Shown in pieces: positions 49,492 through 59,766 of a stretch of DNA of 64,000 nucleotides. The translations under genes were made by a program, and so were the position numbers. The DNA is from an uncultured Planctomycetota bacterium (GTDB lineage Bacteria; Planctomycetota; Uabimicrobiia; Uabimicrobiales; JABWCH01). Numbering within the stretch: the stretch's first letter is position 1; every line of letters starts with the position of its first letter. The notes below the pieces were generated by a model. That model was not told the DNA's origin. It was given only the letters and a program-made list of their open reading frames with translations, and did no database searches. The stretch covers positions 1-64,000 of the forward strand of contig CAZPDM010000013.1 in NCBI GenBank assembly GCA_964585305.1, in the 5' to 3' direction.

Positions 49492-50733
49492 ATGATTTAC
49501 GTTTTACAAAATCCTATACAAAATTATTCTTGGGGATCACGCACATTGATGGCCGAATTATTGCGTCAGCCAGTTCCCGCAAGTGAACCACAAGCTGAAT
49601 TATGGATGGGGACTCATCCTAAATCCCCTTCAAAAATTGAGATACCCGGCGGTATTATGAATCTAGATAACTGGTTGAACAAAAATGCGTTGGATGCTTT
49701 AGGTGCAAATATTGCTAAAAAATTTAGTGGATGTTTGCCTTTTTTATTTAAAGTGTTAGCCGTTGCAACCCCACTTTCTGTTCAGGCACATCCAAATTCT
49801 CAACAGGCTATAGAAGGTTTTCAGAGAGAAAATGAATTGGGAATTGATTTAAAATCTCCGGAACGAAATTATAAAGATCAACAACATAAACCAGAAATTA
49901 TTTGTGCCTTGACACCATTTTGGATGTTAAATGGATTTCGAAAAATTTCTGATATTATTGATTTTCTTAAGAATTTACATGTATCACTATTAAATCCTTT
50001 ACTTCATACTCTTCAAAAAAATTCTAATCAAGAAGGATTAAGAAAATTTTTTAGTGCTTTACTTAGTTTGCCACATTGGCAGCAAGAACAAATTGTTCAT
50101 GAAACTGTTTCTTACATTCACAAAAAAACAGCATTAGAAACACATCAAAAAAATCCACTATCTTCTGATATTTTTAGCTGGATTTTACGATTGCATGAAT
50201 TCTATCCAACAGATATTGGAGTCATTTTTCCAGGCATTTTAAATTTATGTTGTTTGAAACCAGGAGAAGCCGTTTTTATAGAAAGTGGAAGACTTCATAG
50301 CTATCTTCAAGGTATGGGAGTTGAGCTAATGGCAAACTCTGATAATGTATTGCGATGTGCTTTAACAACAAAGCATAAGGATATTGAAGACTTGTTGCAT
50401 ATAATCAATTTTGAAGACTCTCCTATCACTAAAATAAATTCTCTAACTATTAACTCGGGAGAACGGATTTACCCTGCACCAGTATCGGAATTTCTTTTAT
50501 CAGAAATTGTTGTAACACCAGAATATTCTTATATTAGCCATTCTCATAGAAGTATTGAAATTATGATTTGTACAGAGGGATATGCGGAAGTCAAATGTCG
50601 CGAAGATTCTCAAATTTTACCCATTTTTCAAGGGACTTCTTTTTTAGTTCCATCAATAATTCCACATTATTCTATAGTAGGTAATGCAACGTTATATAAA
50701 GCAACCGTTTTTAGCAAAGAAAATTTAGAATGA
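49492..50733 (+). CDS. manA: Mannose-6-phosphate isomerase, class I
   Basis: N-terminal LQNPIQNYSWGS and cupin-type metal-binding regions (SVQAHPN; GEAVFIESGRLHSY) typical of type I PMI. Confidence 0.8.
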   Translation: MIYVLQNPIQNYSWGSRTLMAELLRQPVPASEPQAELWMGTHPKSPSKIEIPGGIMNLDNWLNKNALDALGANIAKKFSGCLPFLFKVLAVATPLSVQAHPNSQQAIEGFQRENELGIDLKSPERNYKDQQHKPEIICALTPFWMLNGFRKISDIIDFLKNLHVSLLNPLLHTLQKNSNQEGLRKFFSALLSLPHWQQEQIVHETVSYIHKKTALETHQKNPLSSDIFSWILRLHEFYPTDIGVIFPGILNLCCLKPGEAVFIESGRLHSYLQGMGVELMANSDNVLRCALTTKHKDIEDLLHIINFEDSPITKINSLTINSGERIYPAPVSEFLLSEIVVTPEYSYISHSHRSIEIMICTEGYAEVKCREDSQILPIFQGTSFLVPSIIPHYSIVGNATLYKATVFSKENLE

Positions 50734-52511
50734 ATCAAATAAAAATTTCACAATTTTCTCTAGCTTACCATCGCCAAGAAAAAGTTATTCATCCTCTAGA
50801 TATTACTATTTGTCCCGGGGATCGTATTGGTATTATTGGGGAATCTGGAGCTGGAAAATCTACTTTAGTACGAAGTATTTTTAATAATTTACTTGAAGTG
50901 GTACAAACACAAGGATTCATCCTAAGTGATACAACTCCTCTTTATCAAAACAGTAAGTGGAATATGAATATTCTCAAACGTTGGTGGGGAAAAGTTGTTA
51001 CTTTTATTGCACAGGAACCGATTGCTAGTTTAGCTCCGGATTATACTATTCAACAACAACTTGAAGATATTCTAAAATTTCAAGGAATTAGTAAAGAGCA
51101 TATAGAAGAATCTAGTAAAAAATTTTTAAATCTAGCCGCATTTCCATATTTACGTAGACACGCTATACCATGTCAATTAAGTGGCGGGGAAAACCAGCGT
51201 GCAAGTTTAGCTTTGGCGATGGCGGCAAACCCTAAAATATTAGTAGCAGATGAACCTACCACAGGATTGGATTTATTAGTAGAAAAACAAATTATTCAAA
51301 CACTACAATATATCTTAGAAAAAAATCCTGGTATGGCACTGCTTATGGTTACTCATAGTTTAGGTGTATTAAATCAGATTCTTCAAAATGGTGGAAAAGT
51401 TTTAGTTTTTCATCAAGGATATTTAGTAGATCAATTTCAAACATTTGCAGGACGACCTTTAGTTTCCCACATCTACAATCCTTCTCGGCATCCTTATACA
51501 ATAAAACTTTTACAAGACTATATTCAACAAGAAGAAAATGTAAAAAAGGAAAAAAATAGCCCAAATATCAATTTAGAAAAACAAAGAAATATAATGTATG
51601 CTGAAAATATTTTATTAGAAGCACAAAATTTTTCTACTGGTTATGATGCTCAAACTATTTTAAAAGATTTTAACTATACCATCAGAGAAAATCAACATGT
51701 TGCTATTATTGGTGAAACAGGATCAGGAAAAACTACATTAGCAAAAGGACTTAGCAATCTATTAAGTCCTAATCAATGGATAAAAGGAACATTACGTCGT
51801 TGGCATAATGGAAATTATTACGATGTGACTTCAATTCCATCATCAAAACTTTGTGAATATCATAACCTTAATCAACTTGTTTGGCAAAATCCTTCGGATG
51901 TATTTAGCCCATCTGAAAATGTCAGAGATATTTTATTTGATGCTTGTTTGGTATGGTCAAATTTACAAAAGATTTTCGAATCAAAGAAACATATAGAACA
52001 GCGTATCGAAAAGGTAATGAAAGATCTACTTCTTCTTGGACAAGATACCCTAAGCCAATTTTTCCAAAGATATCCTCAACACCTTAGCGGGGGACAGAGA
52101 AAGCGATTACTCCTTGCTCGTTCATTATTAGCTTGTGGTTATGGATACTCCGATTGGCAAAAAGAAAAGCCTGCACGTATTCTTTTTATAGATGAACCTA
52201 TGAGAGGAATTGATGTTTCTAATAAAAAAATAATCATGAAGTTTTTAAAAAATATAAGTGAAGAAGTTCGAGCAACGCTGGTTATCATTACACATGATTT
52301 ACAATTGGCACATTATTTTTGCCAAGATATTATTGTTTTATATCGTGGAGAAATTGTTGAAATGGGACCTATCTCTCAGATTATGGATGATAATTTTCAG
52401 CCTGTTGGAGATATTTCAAAACATCATCCCTATACACTAGATTTGCTTGCTGCTATTCCTAACATTACATCGTTTTGGGGAAATTTGGCAACCGGAACGG
52501 ACGCGATGTAA
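50730..52511 (+). CDS. Fused double-NBD ABC ATPase of the oligopeptide/nickel (OppD/OppF) type
   Basis: Two Walker A motifs (GESGAGKST; GETGSGKTT), two signatures (LSGGENQRASLA; LSGGQRKRLLLA) and two Opp-type C-terminal HPYT motifs. The start overlaps the manA stop by 4 nt. No permease gene adjacent. Confidence 0.7.
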   Translation: MNQIKISQFSLAYHRQEKVIHPLDITICPGDRIGIIGESGAGKSTLVRSIFNNLLEVVQTQGFILSDTTPLYQNSKWNMNILKRWWGKVVTFIAQEPIASLAPDYTIQQQLEDILKFQGISKEHIEESSKKFLNLAAFPYLRRHAIPCQLSGGENQRASLALAMAANPKILVADEPTTGLDLLVEKQIIQTLQYILEKNPGMALLMVTHSLGVLNQILQNGGKVLVFHQGYLVDQFQTFAGRPLVSHIYNPSRHPYTIKLLQDYIQQEENVKKEKNSPNINLEKQRNIMYAENILLEAQNFSTGYDAQTILKDFNYTIRENQHVAIIGETGSGKTTLAKGLSNLLSPNQWIKGTLRRWHNGNYYDVTSIPSSKLCEYHNLNQLVWQNPSDVFSPSENVRDILFDACLVWSNLQKIFESKKHIEQRIEKVMKDLLLLGQDTLSQFFQRYPQHLSGGQRKRLLLARSLLACGYGYSDWQKEKPARILFIDEPMRGIDVSNKKIIMKFLKNISEEVRATLVIITHDLQLAHYFCQDIIVLYRGEIVEMGPISQIMDDNFQPVGDISKHHPYTLDLLAAIPNITSFWGNLATGTDAM

Positions 52512-52657
52512 TACTAAACCATTTAAATTTTTAGCCACGCTATTTTTTTATATTTATAATATATTGTAAAATAATATGTTATAAAAAATTTGCATCATCA
52601 TAAAAAAAACACTTGCTTTTTTTTATAACTATGATATAATATCCCAATCAAGTATGA

Positions 52658-52733
52658 TCCCCGGTAGCTCAACAGGCAGAGCGCGTGGCTGTTAACCACT
52701 AGGTTATAGGTTCAAGTCCTTTCCGGGGAGCCA
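52658..52733 (+). tRNA. tRNA-Asn (anticodon GTT), CCA encoded
   Basis: Manual cloverleaf: 7-bp acceptor stem TCCCCGG/CCGGGGA, D-arm GCTC..GAGC, anticodon loop CTGTTAA, T-loop TTCAAGT, discriminator G, CCA. Confidence 0.85.
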
Positions 52734-52740
52734 TCTATTT

Positions 52741-52813
52741 TCCCCGGTAGCTCAACAGGCAGAGCGCGTGGCTGTTAACCACTAGGTTATAGGTTCAAGT
52801 CCTTTCCGGGGAG
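52741..52813 (+). tRNA. tRNA-Asn (anticodon GTT), second identical copy, 3' CCA not encoded (CTA follows the discriminator)
   Basis: Body sequence identical to the first copy, 7 nt downstream of it. Confidence 0.85.
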
Positions 52814-52827
52814 CTAGAAAAAAATAT

Positions 52828-52872
52828 AGACAGCACTTCATCATTTTCGGATGACGGACTGTCTTTTTTTTT
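52828..52872 (+). terminator. Rho-independent terminator after the tRNA-Asn pair
   Basis: GACAGC-ACTTCATC-ATTTTCG-GATGA-CGGACTGTC stem-loop followed by a 9-nt T-run. Confidence 0.7.
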
Positions 52873-52939
52873 GTTTTAGTTCTAAAATTTTTAGGGTTTT
52901 TTAGTTTTTAGAAATTTTTTTATATGAAAAGGCAAAAAG

Positions 52940-54475
52940 ATGAAAATTATTGTTATTCCTGTAGAGGAAGATAAAGGTTTAGAAAGCAAAGTATCATGCT
53001 GTTGCAATAATGAAAAATATTATTTAATTATTCATGCAGATGAAAAAGGCATTTCAAGTGTAGAAAGTCTAAAAGCAAATGATAAAGCATGTAGCAAATG
53101 GTATTGTAAATTAGATGAAGTACTTAAAAATGCTGGTGCAGATGTATTGCTTCTACCTAAAATAGGCAAAAAGAAATGCAACTATTTTAAAAGTGCTAAT
53201 ATTCAGGTTGCAATTGCTGCTGGAACTACTGCTCATGAAATTTTGGAATCTTATTTGAAGGGCAATTCTCATGCTCCCGATATTTATGAATCTTGCCCAT
53301 TTTCTCACGAAGGTATGTCAACTATTGCCGCTCATGCTGGTGGTATGGATGCTGTTACTGGAAGTGTGGTAACTCCTATTTACCAAACTTCAACATTTGC
53401 TTTTGAAAATTCTTTGCAAGGTGCAAATCGTTTTGCTGGAAAAGAATCTGGCTATATTTATACCAGAATGGGCAACCCTACTGTTAGAGCACTTGAAGAC
53501 ACTGTTTCAGCTATGGAAGGCGGCTGGGGTGGTTTAGCAACTGCTTCAGGTATGGCTGCTGTTGCCACAGTTTTTGTGGCTTTTTTGGATAAGAACTCTC
53601 ATATTGTTGGAACTGACTCTGTTTATGGGCCATCGCGCAGTATTATTGAAAGAGATTTTTCCAAATTTGGAGTAGAGTTTTCTTTTGTAGATACCTCTAA
53701 TTTGGATGAAATACGCAAAGCAATGCGTCCAAATACAAAGATTCTTTATATTGAAACTCCAGCAAATCCTACAATGAAGTTGGCAGATATTGCTGCTTGT
53801 GCTGAAATTGCACATCAACACAAAGCTGTTTTAATTGTAGATAATACTTTTATGAGTCCTTATTTACAAAGACCTTTTGAAATGGGTGCAGATGTCATAG
53901 TTCATAGTATGACCAAATTTTTAAACGGACATGCTGATGTTGTCGCTGGAATGATCGTTGCTAAGACACAGGATCTTTACAAGCAAATATATAAAACCCT
54001 CATTTACTGGGGTGGTACCATGGATCCTCATCAAGCATATTTGGTATTGCGAGGTATTAAAACACTTCCTTTGCGTGTAGAAAAAGCTCAAGAAAACGCT
54101 AAAAAGCTTGCCGAATATTTGGAAAAGCATCCTAAAGTTGAATCAATTAAATATCCAGGGCTTGCCAGTTTTACACAAAGTGAATTAGTCAAAAAACAAA
54201 TGAAAGGTACTGGATCTTTGATTTGTTTCGAAGTTAAAGGTGGTATTGAAGCAGGAAGAAGATTGATTGATTCCGTACATGTATGCGCACTTGCTGTTTC
54301 TTTAGGTGGCGTAGAAAGTCTTATCCAACATCCAGCCTCGATGACACATGCTTCCATGTCTAAAGAAAATCGAGAAAAAGCAGGCATTACTGACGGTCTT
54401 ATAAGACTTGCAGTAGGCTGCGAAGAATATGATGATTTGCGTACAGATCTTGAACATGCTTTATCTAAAGCATAA
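52940..54475 (+). CDS. Methionine gamma-lyase / cystathionine gamma-synthase-family PLP enzyme with an N-terminal roughly 120-aa NifX/NifB-like (dinitrogenase FeMo-cofactor family) domain
   Basis: C-terminal roughly 390 aa: AAHAGG, PIYQTSTFAFEN, YTRMGNPT, Schiff-base Lys in SMTKFLNGHADVVAG. The N-terminal 125 aa are stop-free and read MKIIVIPVEED...YYLIIHADEKG...AGADVLLLPKIGKKKCNYFKSANIQV, a pattern like NifX/NifB-C/NifY single-domain proteins (compare 62205..62561). Confidence 0.7.
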   Translation: MKIIVIPVEEDKGLESKVSCCCNNEKYYLIIHADEKGISSVESLKANDKACSKWYCKLDEVLKNAGADVLLLPKIGKKKCNYFKSANIQVAIAAGTTAHEILESYLKGNSHAPDIYESCPFSHEGMSTIAAHAGGMDAVTGSVVTPIYQTSTFAFENSLQGANRFAGKESGYIYTRMGNPTVRALEDTVSAMEGGWGGLATASGMAAVATVFVAFLDKNSHIVGTDSVYGPSRSIIERDFSKFGVEFSFVDTSNLDEIRKAMRPNTKILYIETPANPTMKLADIAACAEIAHQHKAVLIVDNTFMSPYLQRPFEMGADVIVHSMTKFLNGHADVVAGMIVAKTQDLYKQIYKTLIYWGGTMDPHQAYLVLRGIKTLPLRVEKAQENAKKLAEYLEKHPKVESIKYPGLASFTQSELVKKQMKGTGSLICFEVKGGIEAGRRLIDSVHVCALAVSLGGVESLIQHPASMTHASMSKENREKAGITDGLIRLAVGCEEYDDLRTDLEHALSKA

Positions 54476-54683
54476 TTTAATAGAACTATGATTCAGTTAT
54501 TGTATTTTTCAAATGCTTTCGTTACTAACTTTTGATGTTAGTGTGAAAGCATTTTTTTTATGAAGTATTTTTTTCTTGACTTTTATGAATTATTATTTAT
54601 TATAATGAATATATATTCATTTTATATAAACAATATTCGTTATTTACATAATTATTTTATCTATCTAAAGATAGGATATTATA

Positions 54684-55286
54684 ATGCCTAAATTTTCTAA
54701 AAAAGTTAGAGAAATTGTTACGGAAAATATGCGAAAGATTATTCTCGAAAAAAGCAAAGAAATTATTATTCAAGATGGTTTAGAATCCATGACAATGGAA
54801 AAATTGGCTTGTGAAGCAGAGATTTCTATAGGCAGTATTTATAATTATTTTCGGAATAAAGAAGAAATCTGTATTGGTATAATGGAAAACGAATTTATGA
54901 GGCTGTTAAATAATGTTCAAGAGATAGCAAATATGAAATTACCTCCAGTAGAAAGACTATATAAACTGACTGTTTTTATGTTTGAGAATTTTTCTAAAGC
55001 CCGACGATTGCACGAAATTATCATGCACCATCTTCCTATTCCTAGAGAAAAAATTAAAGAAGGTCATAGGCAATTAGTCAATTATATTTCCAAGATTATA
55101 CAAGAAGGTATAGATGAAAAAATATTTGCTCCTGTAGAAGTGTACTTTGCAGTATCAGCATTTTTAGGAATTCTAAGAGAATTACAATTTGATCCGGGTG
55201 ATATGTTTAAAAATATATCTCCTAAAAAACAAGCAAAACGTGTATTAGAATTTTATCTTTCAGGAATAAAATATAAGGAATCATAA
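54684..55286 (+). CDS. TetR-family transcriptional regulator
   Basis: N-terminal HTH (MTMEKLACEAEISIGSIYNYFRNKEE), about 200 aa, directly upstream of the efflux pump genes. Confidence 0.75.
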   Translation: MPKFSKKVREIVTENMRKIILEKSKEIIIQDGLESMTMEKLACEAEISIGSIYNYFRNKEEICIGIMENEFMRLLNNVQEIANMKLPPVERLYKLTVFMFENFSKARRLHEIIMHHLPIPREKIKEGHRQLVNYISKIIQEGIDEKIFAPVEVYFAVSAFLGILRELQFDPGDMFKNISPKKQAKRVLEFYLSGIKYKES

Positions 55287-55288
55287 TA

Positions 55289-56662
55289 ATGATGAAAAAA
55301 ATTATGAAGTCTATATGGTTTTCTTTTTTTCTTTTTTTTATAGGTATTGTTGCTACAGTTATCTTAATAAAGACTGGGCCAAGTCCTCTTAAAACTCCAA
55401 TTTTAGAACAAGAACAAGTAGTCTCTGCGATAAAAGTTTCTCCTATAAATGTTATTCCCTGGATAATAGGGTATGGCGAAGCACAACCTGCAAGAACGTG
55501 GAAAGCCGTTTCCCAAGTAGGTGGAAAAATATCGTGGAAGTCTCCCAAATTGAAAAATGGAGAATTTTTTGAAGCAGGAGAATTGCTTCTATCTATAGAT
55601 GATAGTGAAATTAAATTAAAAATTCTATCCGCAGAAGCAACGATAAAGAAGATTCAAGCTAAAATGGAAGAATTGACAACGACTAAAACGAATATGATGT
55701 CTCAATTAGCAATTCTCAAAAGTATTCTAGAATTTCAGGAAAAAGAATTTAAACGCCAGCAATCACTATTGACTTCTAAGAGCGTATCTGTTGTAACGGT
55801 TGAAAATCAGGAAATAGCTGTATTACAACAACGTAATACTATAGATGGACTCGAGTCAAATTTAAGATTGCTTCCTTCTCAAATATCCTATCAGGAAGCA
55901 GAATTAGCTATAGCTCAAGCAGAGTTGGCACAAAGAAAATTAGAGTTAAATTATGCGAAAATATATGCACCATTTGATTGTAGAGTTGATAGTGCATCAG
56001 TAGAAGAACAACAATATGTTTCAATTGGACAAAATATGGTTACTGTTGATTCTATAGACGAAATGGAAATATTTCTGCAATTCAGAATGGAACAAATTGG
56101 ATTACTTTTTGCTCAACCTCCTAATAATGGAAATGGTATAGAGAAAATTTCTGAGGAAAAAAGAAAAGCAACTCCTCCGAATTGGAAAATTAGCGTTAAC
56201 ATTAGTGGATTGGCTAATTCATATTCTTGGCCAGGTCAATTTCGGCGTATTGCATCAGGCATAGATACTACAACACGTATGATAAGCATGATTGTTGGTG
56301 TTCAAGAACCCTATCGGCGGAATAATAAAATACTTGGTCCTCCTCTTGCTAAAGGTTCTTTTTGCACTGTTAAAATTGAAGGAAAAGAACAAGAAAATTT
56401 ACTAGTTCTTCCTCGCTATGCTATTCACGATGATAAGATATATATTGCAAATAAAGATTCCAGGCTGGAAATTGTTCCTATAAAAATAAATTATCATTTA
56501 GGACAATATGCGATTGTTGGGAAAGGATTAAATATTGGAGATTTAGTTATTCTTAATGATCTAGTTCCAGCAGTTTCAGGAATGAAACTTCAGCTTGTTA
56601 TGGATGAAAATTTTTATCAACAAGCAAATACTGAGCTTAGCGGAAAAGAGGTAGTAAAATGA
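55289..56662 (+). CDS. Efflux periplasmic adaptor (HlyD/membrane-fusion protein family)
   Basis: N-terminal TM anchor, coiled-coil hairpin region, beta-barrel-like C-terminus. Overlaps the RND gene start by 4 nt. Confidence 0.7.
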   Translation: MMKKIMKSIWFSFFLFFIGIVATVILIKTGPSPLKTPILEQEQVVSAIKVSPINVIPWIIGYGEAQPARTWKAVSQVGGKISWKSPKLKNGEFFEAGELLLSIDDSEIKLKILSAEATIKKIQAKMEELTTTKTNMMSQLAILKSILEFQEKEFKRQQSLLTSKSVSVVTVENQEIAVLQQRNTIDGLESNLRLLPSQISYQEAELAIAQAELAQRKLELNYAKIYAPFDCRVDSASVEEQQYVSIGQNMVTVDSIDEMEIFLQFRMEQIGLLFAQPPNNGNGIEKISEEKRKATPPNWKISVNISGLANSYSWPGQFRRIASGIDTTTRMISMIVGVQEPYRRNNKILGPPLAKGSFCTVKIEGKEQENLLVLPRYAIHDDKIYIANKDSRLEIVPIKINYHLGQYAIVGKGLNIGDLVILNDLVPAVSGMKLQLVMDENFYQQANTELSGKEVVK

Positions 56663-59600
56663 TCAGATATTTTATACGACATCCTACAGCCTCTAATTTG
56701 TTGATGATATTTTTTTTGATTTTAGGATTGTTAGTTTTAAGCCATATCAGACGAGCAGGTATGCCAGATTTTACTACAAATGCTTTACAAATTAGTGCTA
56801 ATTATCCTGGAGCTACTGCTGAAGAAATAGAAGAAGCCATTGCTGTTCCAATTGAAGACGCTCTTGGAAAAGTTAATAATATAAAAAAAATTACTACAAC
56901 TGCGATGGAAGGCATGGTTTCTATAACTGTTGAGTTGCTTGATAATGCTGACTATCAGGAAGTATACAATGATGTGAAGACTGAAGTTGATGCAATTACC
57001 TCTTTTCCTAATCAATTAGAAAAGCTCATTATTAAACCGCAAAATCGCTTGGATCAAATTATTAGTTTGGCAATTTATGGTGATTTATCAATAAATGATC
57101 TTAAGAGCTATTGCGAAGATTTTAAAGATAAATTGATGGAATTGGGAGGAGGCATTCAGGTTGAAGTTAGCGGATTTGCTCAACGTGAATTTCGAATAGA
57201 ATTATTACCCATAGCATTGCATACTTATAAACTTAGCATCAATACTATTGCTCAAATTATAATTAGTCAAAATATAGATTTGCCTTCCGGGACATTAGAA
57301 ACTGGAGAGCAAGATATTAAACTTCGTTTTAGCGATCGTCGCAAAACGATTCAAGATGTTTCTTCAATACGTGTTTTATCTAGCGCGTCTGGAGCTGAAA
57401 TATTATTGGGAGATATTGCAAAAATTAGTGAATGCTTTGAAGCAAACGAAAATAAAGTGTTGTTTAATGGCTATCGTGCTGGAATTTTAAGTGTTTCCAA
57501 AAGCAAAAGTGCTGACAGTTTGAAAATTTATGCTAAAGTAATGGCTTTATTAGAAGAAGAAAAGACAAAAGTTCCTTCTGGAATAAAATTTGCCATTACA
57601 AGAGATCGCGCTAGTGATATACAGGCCAGACTTAATATGGTATATTTAAATGCCTTTCAGGGATTTTTTTTAGTTTTTGCTGCCTTATGGTTATTTTTGA
57701 ATTTGAAACTTTCAATATGGGTATCTATGGGGTTGCCAGTATCATTTTTAGGCGGGCTTTTTATTATGCACATTTTTGGCATATCCCTTAATATGATTTC
57801 TACCTTTGCTTTGATCATTGCACTTGGTCTTATTATGGACGATGCTATTGTAATCGCTGAAAATATTGCGGTGCATCTTAAAAAAGGCGAATCCGCTTTT
57901 GATGCTGCTGTAAATGGTGTAAAAGAAATTGGAAATGGAGTTTGTTCAAGTTTTCTTACTACAATTTGTGTATTTGCTCCATTGATGTTTTTAAGTGGGC
58001 AAATAGGAAAAATTCTTTGCGTTATTCCTCTTACACTAACTATTATTTTATCAGTGAGTCTTTTCGAAGCCTTTTTTATTTTACCTAATCATTTATCTCA
58101 TTCTTTTAAAAATGGGATGCCCAAGGAAAATATTTATCGTAAAAAAATTGATCAATTTATTTCTTTTTTATCTTTAAATGTTGTAGAAAAATTGTGTAGA
58201 AATTTGGTTTCATATCGTTATTTATTTCTCACTAGTATACTAGTAATATTTATTTTTTCAGTTGGAATGTTTCCTGCGGGGTACTTAAAATTTTTAGTAT
58301 TTCCTAGTGTGGACAGCGATACGGCAGTATGCAAAGTTATGCTTGCGCCAGGAAGTTCGATGAAACAAAGTGAACGTGCTTCAGAGCAATTATGTAAAGC
58401 TGCGGAGCGAATGAATCAAATTCTAACTAAACGACAGCCGCAAGAAAAACAATTGGTAAAATTTGTCTCTGTCAATTTTAGTGCAAATTCTGATTACAGA
58501 GATAGTGGGGCACATCTTTTTACTGTTTATGTTGATTTGCTGGCTGGAGATGAAAGAAAAAGCACTTTAGATGAAATCCTTCATGTTTGGCGACAGGAAG
58601 CTGGAGATATTCCGGGAGCGTTGAGTATAAAATTTGAAGATATGGCAATGGGTCCTGGAGGAAAAGCCATTGAATTAAGATTGCACGGAAAAGATTTATC
58701 TGTTTTAAAACTAGCAGCAAGTGCTTTACGTAGCAAACTTTCTTCGTATTCTGGAGTTTTTGATGTAACGGATAGTATGACGTTAGGAAAACCTGAAATT
58801 GTAATGTCTTTAAAACCTGGTGCATTAAAACTTGGGTTTACTGCTACAAATATAGCTCAACAATTAAGAGCCGCATACCAAGGCGAAAAGGCTGATGAAT
58901 TACAAATTGGAAGCGATAATTATGAATTTAATGTTAAGATGGCTTATAATATTTCAGAGAATTTATATAACTTTGATAATTTTCAATTAACAACTTCAAC
59001 AGGTATTAAAGTCCCCTTGCTGAATGTAGTTAATTTACGATATGCTCGCGGACTTTCCAGTATCAATCGATATAATAGTAAACGTACAGTAACAGTTTCT
59101 GCAAATGTCAACGATGCTATCGCAAATGCGCAAGATGTTTGTAACGATTTAACAAAAAATTATTTTCCTGACTTTGTAAAAAAATATCCTAGTATTACCT
59201 ATTCTTTTGGCGGGCAAGTTGAAGCAGGAAGTGAAACCGGTAGCTCTATGGGACAGGCTTTTCTCATAGGAATTATTGGTATTTTTATTATTCTGTCGCT
59301 ACAATTTGGAACTTTTATTGAACCGTTAATTGTGATGGCTACTATTCCATTGTCGATAATTGGAATTGTTTGGGGACATATTTTATTTGGCAGATCCTTT
59401 GATATGCAAGGCGTAATTGGAATGGTTTCCCTTGCAGGGATTGTGGTGAACAATTCAATTTTGTTAATGGATTTTATTAAAATGCGTGAGGCAGAAGGAA
59501 TGATTCCTCAAGAGGCAGCATGTAAAGCCTCCAGCGATAGATTCCGTCCAATTATGTTGACTAGCTTGACTACGATTGCAGGCTTATTGCCAATTCTTTC

Positions 59601-59745
59601 GGAAAAGAGCTTGCAAGCACAAATGGTAATTCCTCTTGCTTTAACTATAGTATGTGGGTTGCTCACATCAACTTTGTTAGTGCTATTTGTTACTCCCTCA
59701 TTATATCTAGTAGTACAGGATTTTCGTTCATTTATGAAAAAATGA
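56659..59745 (+). CDS. RND-superfamily efflux permease (AcrB/CzcA-like)
   Basis: 1028 aa, 12-TM topology with two large periplasmic loops. Conserved TM4-region motif (ALGLIMDDAIVIAENI). Confidence 0.85.
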   Translation: MIRYFIRHPTASNLLMIFFLILGLLVLSHIRRAGMPDFTTNALQISANYPGATAEEIEEAIAVPIEDALGKVNNIKKITTTAMEGMVSITVELLDNADYQEVYNDVKTEVDAITSFPNQLEKLIIKPQNRLDQIISLAIYGDLSINDLKSYCEDFKDKLMELGGGIQVEVSGFAQREFRIELLPIALHTYKLSINTIAQIIISQNIDLPSGTLETGEQDIKLRFSDRRKTIQDVSSIRVLSSASGAEILLGDIAKISECFEANENKVLFNGYRAGILSVSKSKSADSLKIYAKVMALLEEEKTKVPSGIKFAITRDRASDIQARLNMVYLNAFQGFFLVFAALWLFLNLKLSIWVSMGLPVSFLGGLFIMHIFGISLNMISTFALIIALGLIMDDAIVIAENIAVHLKKGESAFDAAVNGVKEIGNGVCSSFLTTICVFAPLMFLSGQIGKILCVIPLTLTIILSVSLFEAFFILPNHLSHSFKNGMPKENIYRKKIDQFISFLSLNVVEKLCRNLVSYRYLFLTSILVIFIFSVGMFPAGYLKFLVFPSVDSDTAVCKVMLAPGSSMKQSERASEQLCKAAERMNQILTKRQPQEKQLVKFVSVNFSANSDYRDSGAHLFTVYVDLLAGDERKSTLDEILHVWRQEAGDIPGALSIKFEDMAMGPGGKAIELRLHGKDLSVLKLAASALRSKLSSYSGVFDVTDSMTLGKPEIVMSLKPGALKLGFTATNIAQQLRAAYQGEKADELQIGSDNYEFNVKMAYNISENLYNFDNFQLTTSTGIKVPLLNVVNLRYARGLSSINRYNSKRTVTVSANVNDAIANAQDVCNDLTKNYFPDFVKKYPSITYSFGGQVEAGSETGSSMGQAFLIGIIGIFIILSLQFGTFIEPLIVMATIPLSIIGIVWGHILFGRSFDMQGVIGMVSLAGIVVNNSILLMDFIKMREAEGMIPQEAACKASSDRFRPIMLTSLTTIAGLLPILSEKSLQAQMVIPLALTIVCGLLTSTLLVLFVTPSLYLVVQDFRSFMKK

Positions 59746-59766
59746 ATTTCAGTTAGCGAATGAAAA

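Noticed and set aside
52658-54475. Genomic island or prophage integrated at the tRNA-Asn pair
   Set aside because: No integrase, no phage or transposase genes, and no visible direct repeat of the tRNA 3' end downstream. The flanking genes are metabolic.
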